Translations under genes and position numbers: made by a program | NCBI GenBank assembly: GCA_051294375.1 | Contig: JBJCIZ010000316.1 | Coordinates: forward strand, 1 to 11,796 | Reading direction: 5' to 3' | DNA length: 11,796 bases | From: Paraspadella gotoi | Lineage: Eukaryota; Animalia; Chaetognatha | The notes under the pieces: model-generated | Told to the model about the DNA's origin: nothing | The model's database searches: none | Seen by the model: the letters and a program-made list of their open reading frames with translations, nothing else | Shown: one piece after another, positions 1 through 7,720 of the stretch | Layout of the letters: every line of letters begins with the position of its first letter | How positions within the stretch are numbered: position 1 is the stretch's first letter

Positions 1-607
1 TAAGGTTTTTTGTGTCGTAGTACGGTTGTGCGTCTCTAATATTTTTTGGTAAGGAGTCGAATATACGCAGATCTTCAAAGATTCGGTCTTCCGTATCGGG
101 GTCCTCATCGAGAATCGTAGAGGGACGCTTGAAGAATGCTTGTGACATGACTGAAGATATGCTTGGCGATTCTCTGATGCGGCCACCTGCGGTAAGGAAA
201 ATTTGAATATTTGAGATTGTGTTATTCGCCTCAGGTTGTTCGTGACCATGAAAGGCACCTTTTCGCCTCGCCATGTTCGATTGAAGGTCGAAGGGTTGAT
301 TTCGTTCTTAGCCGGTCCGAAATTATCTTCGAGATCCTATTTCGTTCCTGCGGGGGGCGGAAAGTTGCATTTCGGTGGGCGTGTATATCGCTTACCAAGA
401 TCGACAACCTTTTATTTTTTCTTTTACCTTTTCGGTTCTTTTAGATTCGAATTGGTCGGCCGGTGCCGTATTATCCTTATAATTCGGGCTTCCATTAATA
501 TTCACGCTTCTTTCCTTTAGTTGGCTACTTTCGGAAGTCGCGGGTGTAACATATGTCGGGCTCGAAGATCGGCCACCGGGGTCAGTTACAACCGGTCTTC
601 GCGTCAT
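1..607 (-). pseudogene. Degenerate coding region, possibly retroelement ORF1/gag-like; runs off the left edge
   Basis: Frame from the ATG at 607 reads MTRRPVVTDPGG...KIKGCRSW*, has in-frame TAA at 392-394, 323-325 and 308-310, then is open from 307 to 2 (...MARRKGAFHGHEQPEANN...TILDEDPDTEDRIFEDLRIFDSLPKNIRDAQPYYDTKNL). GC/CpG content is higher than the window background. No diagnostic domain motif seen, so product identity is inference. Confidence 0.35.
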
Positions 608-668
608 CGACCTAAGTGAAAAATATCGGGTTTAAAGTCGGCCACCGGGGTCAGTTATAACCGACTTT
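563..668 (-). repeat. Two tandem hairpins sharing a 26-bp core (569-594 and 638-663, 25/26 identical)
   Basis: TCGGCCACCGGGGTCAGTTA(C/T)AACCG occurs twice. Copy 1 is closed by CGAAGATCGG/CCGGTCTTCG and copy 2 by AAAGTCGG/CCGACTTT. Confidence 0.85.
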
Positions 669-1813
669 AGATTTCGATAAAGGCCTATATTGTTTTGCTT
701 TATTATTTAGTTATTTGGTTAGTAATATGCCCGAAGCTAGTAAACCGAAATTCTATGTTTTGTTAGTCAGTTAGTTAGTTGATATTTAGCTCCCAATGTC
801 TCATTCCCCCCTGCCTTGTGTCAATTTATTTCTAGGATCTTTCATTGTGTCATTTTTTCAGTTAGCGGGCAAGTGTTTTAAGAGTCAGAATGAAGTCCAG
901 TTTTTTTTAGCGTTTTCGTTTGTATTAATTATGGTTGTTTAACGGGTGTACTGAAGCACGCCATTCGAGTCAGGATTTACCTTTTTATTTCGCAGTCAGG
1001 TTTGGTACGCTTCGGTAACCGTAACACGGCGCTTCGCGATTGAGCGGGGCTGATGAGCGGTATCTTCGGCTGTACGCGTGACCGATCGTAACGAATCGAA
1101 CTTCGAAGCCTGTTTTTTTTGAGTCAGACAGAAGAATTTGATTATTACGGCTATTGTATTTTACCATCTCGTACAATTTTGATCATAATTCGTGTCTTTG
1201 TACTCACTGTTTCGTCTTCAAACATCATGACTTGAAGTACAACTGCGTGTGGAAGAGAGCTAGCGGCCGGTCAGTTGTCGTCTGCCGCCGTTGCTCGTCT
1301 CTCCGTTTTGTCGGCTTTTGAGGAAGACGGTTCCTGTTTTAATGGAATCGCAAAGTTTATTTTAGGCTTAGCAAGTAAGTCCTGGGCGCATTTTTTGCAT
1401 ACTCAGCGTTAAAATTTTTCCTTCTCTACTTTCCATCCCCCCGCGCCCGGATATATTTGATGATTATTTCTAGACATGCCGGGTATCCCAGTATGCCATG
1501 TTGGCATGCCTGAGATAGCGGGGGGTGTTACGAAATCATTATCAATATATATACCGTGGAAATCCAAACTTCTCTTCTTTCACCCCGATGCTCTTTTATT
1601 TCTATTTTAACTAACGCAAGGAAATTCTATTTCTTCCGCGATCACAGCGACATCTCTGGTTTCGAATTTGTATCATAGTATATATACTTAAGTACAGCTT
1701 CCGAGTGGCTACGCATGGCTGTTTCTGATTGGTTCCCGCCGTTTCTTTAGATCTCAGCCTTGATTTCTATCGACGTGTAACCTCTCAGATTTGTTCAGTC
1801 TTGCAATGCGTTT

Positions 1814-2218
1814 TCAATACTTTTTTAAAGATAAGAATCGCTTTTTAGATATCTCGGAAACTTCTTTTTTAAAGAAACCTTGTGATCGCTGGATTGGTGG
1901 ATTTTCCTTGTGATAGAGGCAACCTTTTTCTACAATTTTGGCTTCAGAAACAAGTAAGATGGATTCTTTAAACTTTATATATATATTTGCTGAGTGTGTA
2001 TTAAATGTTTTGTTATCTTTGCCCAGGACTTCTAACTCCATCTCATCGACTTTAGATAGAAGTGCTGGGCTTCGACTTTGTCGTCAGATCATCATCTTGA
2101 GCGTCTTGACCGGCGCCATCGTCTCGTCCGCGCCATCTCAACTCGAATTCCTCTCGTTTTGATAGCGCAGGATCAGCTCAGCCAGTTAGTTGTCAACGAC
2201 AGCCACCTCTACGAACTT
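1814..2218 (-). pseudogene. Decayed coding fragment of unknown, probably transposon, origin
   Basis: The 1814-2041 ORF extends upstream in the same frame through three stops: KFVEVAVVDN*LAELILRYQNERNSS*DGADETMAPVKTLKMMI*RQSRSPALLSKVDEMELEVLGKDNK... Composition looks protein-like, but no family was recognised. Confidence 0.3.
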
Positions 2219-2289
2219 AGTTCAATACAACACTAATGGGCGGACAAAACTGTTTTGAAGAGATGAACAAGCTGGGAGACGGTAAAAGG

Positions 2290-2318
2290 GAGAGAGAGAG
2301 AGAAAGAGAAAGAGAGAG

Positions 2319-2394
<76 letters not shown>

Positions 2395-2398
2395 AGAG
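2290..2398 (+). repeat. (GA)n microsatellite
   Basis: Directly visible GA dinucleotide run with a few GAAA interruptions. Confidence 0.97.
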
Positions 2399-2721
2399 TG
2401 AAAGAATTAGAAAGAAAGATTGAAAGAAAAAATGAGAAGACGGGAACTCACGAGACCAAGAATGTGACAGTTGAAATAATGTAATTGTTTTCAAAGTAAA
2501 GTAGATTTTTATAGTGTGTTAAAATAATTTAACATTAGTAAAATTATTTTTCCCGTTTATTTACTATTTGCATAATAAAATAACCGGAAGCATTTTGAAG
2601 TGAGTGGACGAACTTTTTGTACTGAAAAGAATTCATAAAAAAGTTGAGTTGTTTTGGTGAAAGAAATATAAAAGAGAGAAAAGCTAAAACGATTGAGATA
2701 AAGATGAATTGGCAAGGAAAC

Positions 2722-2765
2722 TAAAGAAAGAAAGAGAAAGAAAGAAAGAAAGAAAGAGAGAAAAA

Positions 2766-2823
<58 letters not shown>

Positions 2824-2887
2824 CTAAGAAACTAAGAAACAAAGAAACAAAGAAACAAAGAAAATAAAAAGAAAGAAACAAAGAAAG
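2722..2887 (+). repeat. (GAAA)n microsatellite grading into (AAGAAACA/AAGAAACT)n
   Basis: Directly visible tetranucleotide run followed by 8-mer variants. Confidence 0.95.
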
Positions 2888-2896
2888 TAATGTAAA

Positions 2897-2979
2897 AATT
2901 TATTGTCAAAATTAAAGCTAATTCATTGTCAAAATTAAAGCTAATTTATTGTCAAAATTAAAGCTAATTTATTGTCAAA
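2897..2979 (+). repeat. 23-bp minisatellite, ~3.6 copies (AATTTATTGTCAAAATTAAAGCT)
   Basis: Units start at 2897, 2920, 2943 and 2966 (partial); one T>C variant in unit 2. Confidence 0.95.
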
Positions 2980-3134
2980 TTGACATCACCCGCTTGAATT
3001 TTTCTCTTTCATAAGTTGAGGAAAATGAAATCATTTTGATTTCGAAATGAAACTTTTTTCCTTCAACTTACGAACCATTTTATCCCAGTTCTTTCCACCA
3101 GATTTTCCATGACATTTCTGTCTTTTCTCAACTT

Positions 3135-3141
3135 TCTCTCT

Positions 3142-3199
<58 letters not shown>

Positions 3200-3241
3200 A
3201 TCTCTCTCTCCCTCTCTCCCTCTCTCTCACTCTCCTCTCTC
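3135..3241 (+). repeat. (CT)n microsatellite
   Basis: Directly visible imperfect CT run. Confidence 0.97.
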
Positions 3242-3347
3242 GGACTCCGCGGCCGGATTGAAGATCACAAAGGGAGTCGCGTTACGACGACCAAAGAAAA
3301 CAAAATTGAATCAATTTCCCGCCAACAAAAGAACAGCTCGAGGCCGC

Positions 3348-3379
3348 GGGGCGTGGGAGGCGGGGTGGGGTGGGGGGGG
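3348..3379 (+). other. Potential G-quadruplex motif
   Basis: Five G-tracts of at least 3 G: GGGG-CGT-GGG-AGGC-GGGG-T-GGGG-T-GGGGGGGG. Confidence 0.55.
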
Positions 3380-3643
3380 AAATCGGGTAAGTGAGACAGT
3401 AGAATTGGGTAAGGGTTACGGGAGTCGAGGGAAGAGAAAAGGGAATATAGAGAGAACAAGATCGGTTCATCCAAATTTATTTTCACGTAAATTCCCCTGT
3501 GATCACATGACTACATAACTTTCTTAGCCCGTGTATTTGTGACGCGCGGTGAATAGGAATTTCGTCTTTTATTCTTTATAATTTTATGATTTCTTAAAGG
3601 TGGAGCCAGGAGTCACTTAAGATTTGAGAATTTTTCCCTTCTT

Positions 3644-3756
3644 AACAAATGAGCAACTGACTATAGGCGAGTTGTAAGAATTTTTAACAGAACGACAAAC
3701 CGACCGAAAAGTGACTTATAGAGTTGCTCCGCGAGTACTCGCGGCACAACTAAAAA
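3644..3756 (-). mobile_element. Short non-autonomous Helentron-associated (HINE/DINE-like) element candidate
   Basis: The minus strand begins TTTTTAG, then a hairpin with a perfect 16-bp palindrome CCGCGAGTACTCGCGG (3729-3744), then CAACTCTATA and a short TCGGTCGGTTTGTCG tract, and ends ...AGTTGCTCATTTGTT. Subterminal inverted repeats: GAGCAACT(GA)CTATA (3651-3665) and TATAGAGTTGCTC (3717-3729). T-rich ends. Confidence 0.5.
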
Positions 3757-4129
3757 TGGCTAGAGTTTAAATAGAGAGATTTAAGGCCAAAATGAAATCG
3801 TAAGCGTATTTAATCTCAGCAAACATTGAGGTATCAAGTATGAACCATTTTTCGAAATAAAAAGTTTTAACCCGAAGGAAATATGAAACAACTGAAAGAT
3901 TAAATTTATTTATTCCAAACAAAACAGTTAAATTTAAATAAAAAATTAGGAATTCTTAGGAAAAAAACATCAGTTGAAATTCACTGAATTTTTTTTCCCC
4001 GTGAGAAAAAAACAAATTTTCACATCAACTGTTACTAATGGACCGAAACTGTGATACGGAGGACTTGAATTCTCACAGCTTTTTGCTGTCGATTTCTGAG
4101 CAAATGTCGTCGCCAATGATGAGCGGAAC

Positions 4130-4174
4130 GGAGGAGGAGGAGGAAGAGGAGGAGGAGGAGGAGGATGAGGAGGT
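4130..4174 (+). repeat. (GGA)n microsatellite
   Basis: Directly visible imperfect trinucleotide run. Confidence 0.9.
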
Positions 4175-5215
4175 TGGGAGATAAAGGTTGCATATAAAAA
4201 CATTTTTATGTGATAAGAGAAGAGCTGGATCGAATCTAATCAATTAAAAGAGATGTAGCCTACATTGTAGGGAAAGAGAAGGGAACGACCGTGAAGATTA
4301 AGATGGAGATAAGAGAAGGATAATAAAGCGAAAAATAAAAGACTAAAGACGCGGGAGAGATAAAAATAGATCCGTGAGAGAAATGACAGAAGATTAATGA
4401 TGAAATTGAGAAGAGAAACAGAAAATGAGGGGAGGAGAGAAGAAAGTGAATTGAGAAATTAGGAATCGATTCGGATTTGGAATTTGGAAAAAAAAAAAAA
4501 AGAAAATAAGTGGGGATGTCAGTCGTTTCGGTCGACGGGTGGATAAGTTTTCGCTTGAAATCGATTCCTATATAAAACCTCCATGGTCAAGCCTTTATAA
4601 AATTAGTAATAATATGGGTAGATTCTGAAAGTGTAGGGTCTTGGGCAGGGCATCGAGGTGGAGCGCGAGCGGAATTTTCATTTTTTCCTGTATTAAAAAT
4701 GCATTTTGAAGTTGACTGGTTATGACCCCGTTCGTAACTACTCTCCGTAGACCAGTCGTTCTTCAATAATAAAGAACCGACTTCATTTTGACTTTATATA
4801 TTAAAAATGCCCATGGTTCTTCTCTCTCCATTGATCTAAAAAAAGCTTAAAAAATTTCCAAGCTGTGATGCTTGTTTTGGTAAATCAAATGAACTCCTTT
4901 TCTTAACTCAATTTCCCAACGTCCATGCCCACGAAGAATGTCCATTTTGAATACATGGTTAGAAAGTACAGTGTCTGCTACTTTCATTTTTATGGTGGAG
5001 CGCGAGGCTAATATTCTAAACGTTAAAATAAATTCCGAAAACAACAAAGGGCTTTTCCTTCGATTAACATTTTATATTGGACCCAAACCGCATAATTGAC
5101 TCTATCGCGAATCAAAATCCGAAAGCCATGGCCTTGTGACGAGCAACCGCGGCTTCAGGAGATTTTTGTGGCTCGTTTATTATAAAACATCTTTCCCGCT
5201 GAACTTTTTTAAATA

Positions 5216-5324
5216 ATATTATATTATAAATTATATTATATATTATAAATTATATTATATATTATAAATTATGTTATATTATAAATTATATTATATTATA
5301 AATTATATTATATTATAATTTATA
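5216..5324 (+). repeat. 17-bp AT-rich minisatellite (ATATTATATTATAAATT), ~6 copies
   Basis: Directly visible tandem units. Confidence 0.9.
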
Positions 5325-5778
5325 TCTCTTTGTTACGAGCGTTCTGGTCGCGAGCCATGGCTTTTGAGTATGTTCTTTTGTTGTCGAAGCAACAAAGGAC
5401 TAAAGACAGCGACTTTCAACGGACCAATGTCGCATTTAAAAACGACTATTTTTATTTTATTATTTTAATTTTTTAATTTTGTTTCCCTATCGTTTTTCCT
5501 CAATCTTATTTTTCTTTAACAACTCAAATATTCGTGTTGATTTTCTCTTTTTCCTTGCAGTAAAAAAAAAAAGGAAAAAAAATTAATTATTTTCCCAGAA
5601 TTGGTCACGCTTTTAAAAAAATTCATTTTCGTCGTAAACGCATTTGTACAAAATTACACTGAATTTGCGTTGTTTGTGATCCGTGCAATTTTTTAGGGCA
5701 TAGTTAATATAGTTTGCAAGTGACTGGTGCGACGTCACGTCCTCTCCTAGTCTCAACCTCAACCTGGNNNNNNNNNNC

Positions 5779-6318
5779 TTCAGCGCGGCGATGAGATATC
5801 GCCTCGGAATCCCGCTCTTACATTCGGGATCCTGCCGCTCTGAAAACTGCGACTGCGAGGAGGACGAACTGGGGGACCACGCTCTGCACTGTCGGGCGAC
5901 CAGGGGGTCAAGGCCCAAGGGGGGCCGACACGACCGGATTCGGGACAAGATCCACTCTGAGGCTCAATTCGCGAGCCTTAAGCCGAAGAAGGAAGCTCCT
6001 GGCCTAATCCCTGGATCCCAATCTCGACCTGCCGACAATTTTATCCCTAACTGGATCGATGGCCGGAAAATTGCTTTCGACGTATTGGTCGTCTCCCCTG
6101 TTCAGGAAGCAAAAATTTTCCAAGCAGCTACTTCTCCCGCCGCTGCAATAGAAATGCGAAAATCCGCAAATATGCTCGGTCACTTCGACAACTGCCGGGC
6201 CCAGGGGATTTACTTTCAACCACTAATTGTAAAAACCTTTGGCGGCTGGGATAGGGAAGCCTTATCCTTCCTTAAGGCCATCGCCCACCAAAACGACCAA
6301 CGATTGGGAAAAAATAAT
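5779..6318 (+). mobile_element. Non-LTR retrotransposon fragment, RLE-type (CRE-clade-like): C-terminal zinc knuckle plus PD-(D/E)xK restriction-like endonuclease
   Basis: Translation FSAAMRYRLGIPL...CRSENCDCEEDELGDHALHC (CCHC-type knuckle)...RHDRIRD...KEAPGL...SRPAD...AFDVLVVSP...FQPLIVKTFGGW... follows the conserved motif order at the C-terminus of CRE-like ORFs. The 5' side is cut by the N-gap at 5768-5777. The 3' side lacks the terminal QR..V.IQRGN-like motif and runs into AT-rich DNA after ~6318. Confidence 0.88.
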
Positions 6319-7166
6319 TCTCATAATGAACATTTTCATTCTTTCTATCTTATTATAAGTTATAGCCATCTACTGGACGTTTATTATATCTCAATTTTCT
6401 AAAATTAATTTAATATTTACTTGTGGATAAGGCGCTACGTGGGCTGAAGATGATTGTCCGTAACTTCTTTAACCCCCTCTTGCAGCCATGGAACGGGTCC
6501 CTGGGCTTGGATCCTGGCTTGAGGGTTTGCCACACCCCCAAAGCGGCTTACCGCCGTCTTCACGCTTCCCGCAGGGGAGGTACCCAGTACCTAGTGGTCA
6601 TGAGCTGATGGCTTTACTTTAATGAGCCACCAGGTCGCGACTGAAGGTGTCATGCTTATTGGCAGGGTGAACCTATGCAATGCCCGACTATAGTATCTGG
6701 ATTAATACTTGGTACTAAGGTGACATACCATGAAATGTAAATATGCATGATTTTCATAGTTGTGCAGTCATGTTAAAATGTGGCGCAACAGTGATTTATT
6801 GCGTGTCCGTTCGCCAGTGACACCAAAAAAATCCTTGCAAAACTTTTAATATATATTTAAGATAACTAATAAGTACATCATTAGTTAGAAAGTTACTGGA
6901 CGTTTGTTTAAAAGTTTTAGTTTTACTTATTTACTATTGGAAGTTGAATTTTTTGTACAAAACAGTATAATTAACGAAAAAAGCAATTCTAAGCATGTTC
7001 TTGTTTACAGGAAAGAAAAATTTTATATCATAAAATTCCCTTACAATTCTTTAGTCAAATATAAGAATTATAGTCATATTGTGTTATTCCTTTCGTTTCG
7101 TTGTTTTGGTGTTTTAGCGAAAACAAAGTTTAGAATTTGTATTACAACGATTTTTATTTAAAATAA

Positions 7167-7206
7167 TCAGACATGTTTCGACTCTTGTTCGAGCCTTCAT
7201 CAGTGT
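7167..7206 (-). ncRNA. Minimal type I hammerhead ribozyme (copy 1)
   Basis: The minus strand reads ACA-CUGAUGA-A-GGCUC-GAACAA-GAGUC-GAAA-CAU-GUC-UGA: conserved core boxes, 5-bp stem II, palindromic ACAUGU stem III, GUC cleavage triplet (7172-7170). Confidence 0.75.
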
Positions 7207-7347
7207 TTGACAGACTATCAAAAACTTTTGCAGAAGTAAATGTGTGAGAGAGAGAGAATAGTGGTTCTGTCTCACCACTTTGNNNNNNNNNNTAACTCTC
7301 TCTCTCTCTCACATTTACTTCTGGAAAAGTTTTTGATAGTCTGTCAA

Positions 7348-7387
7348 ACACTGATGAAGGCTCGAACAAGAGTCGAAACATGTCTGA
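7348..7387 (+). ncRNA. Minimal type I hammerhead ribozyme (copy 2)
   Basis: CUGAUGA 7351-7357; stem II GGCUC 7359-7363 / GAGUC 7370-7374; GAAA 7375-7378; palindromic ACAUGU; predicted cleavage after GUC at 7384; short stem I (CA/UG). Confidence 0.78.
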
Positions 7388-7522
7388 TATTTAAATAAAA
7401 ATCGTTGTAATACAAATTCTAAACTTTGTTTTCGCTAAGAATTATAGTAAAATTTGTTATTTTTTGAGTAATAATTTTTTTTTTTAACACAAATTTTCCT
7501 TGAATAATCAAAACTGTCTCAA

Positions 7523-7551
7523 GCGCTGATGAAAACTCTAAACATGTCTGC
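7523..7551 (+). ncRNA. Degenerate hammerhead ribozyme remnant (copy 3)
   Basis: GCG-CUGAUGA-AAACUCU-AAACAUGUC-UGC: CUGAUGA, the ACAUGU palindrome, GUC and stem I (GCG/UGC) are retained; stem II and the G of GAAA are lost. Downstream ATAAAACCATTGTTCACAAACTT resembles ATAAAAATCGTTGTAATACAAATT after copy 2. Confidence 0.5.
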
Positions 7552-7720
7552 ATATGAAAAATAAAACCATTGTTCACAAACTTATATTAAAGTACAGTTT
7601 GTCCGTTTACAAAAAATGCTGTTCTGTGCACGTTGTCGATTATTGTGAATAAATATTTTGCATCATAAGTATTACTTTATTGAATGATGTAATTAAATTT
7701 CAATACTTTGAATATTAGGA

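Larger units (their letters stand above)
7114..7438. mobile_element. Inverted pair of ~140-bp repeats, probably Penelope-like element pseudo-LTRs, around an assembly gap
   Basis: 7114-7257 is the reverse complement of 7296-7438 apart from a few substitutions and indels. Each arm contains a hammerhead core followed by AATAAA. N-gap at 7283-7292. Confidence 0.7.

Noticed and set aside
308-394. In-frame TAA codons as evidence of stop-codon reassignment (TAA=Gln) or RIP
   Set aside because: Only three sites; an alternative frameshift path explains them, and the RLE fragment has CAA/CAG codons and no internal TAA.
1045-1085. CTGATGA at 1050 as a further hammerhead core
   Set aside because: No GAAA box after the putative stem II (it reads GTGA) and no stem III/NUH arrangement.
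1020-1532. CGTAACA (1020-1026) followed by CGGCGC, and GGGGGG followed by TGTTACG (1526), as LTR end/PBS and PPT/LTR start of a TRIM
   Set aside because: Sequence before 1026 and after 1526 shows no direct-repeat similarity, so paired LTRs are not supported.
2222-2881. ORFs 2222-2494, 2236-2484 and 2684-2881
   Set aside because: Low-complexity translations (ERER, LSLS, FFLS) of the microsatellites.
2897-2979. 23-bp repeats as a CRISPR array
   Set aside because: Units are contiguous with no spacers, the context is eukaryotic and there are no cas genes.
3970-4203. Proline-rich ORF
   Set aside because: The poly-Pro tract is the antisense reading of the (GGA)n microsatellite.
6319-6402. C-terminal tail of the 203-aa ORF as part of the retrotransposon protein
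   Set aside because: Abrupt switch to AT-rich sequence with no RLE motifs; this is read-through into flanking DNA.
6423-6445. GTGGATAAGGCGCT as a tRNA D-arm/A-box
   Set aside because: No B-box (GTTCRA) or cloverleaf at the expected distance.
7154-7381. 75-aa minus-strand ORF with a quasi-symmetric sequence
   Set aside because: It spans an N-gap and is a by-product of the inverted repeat.
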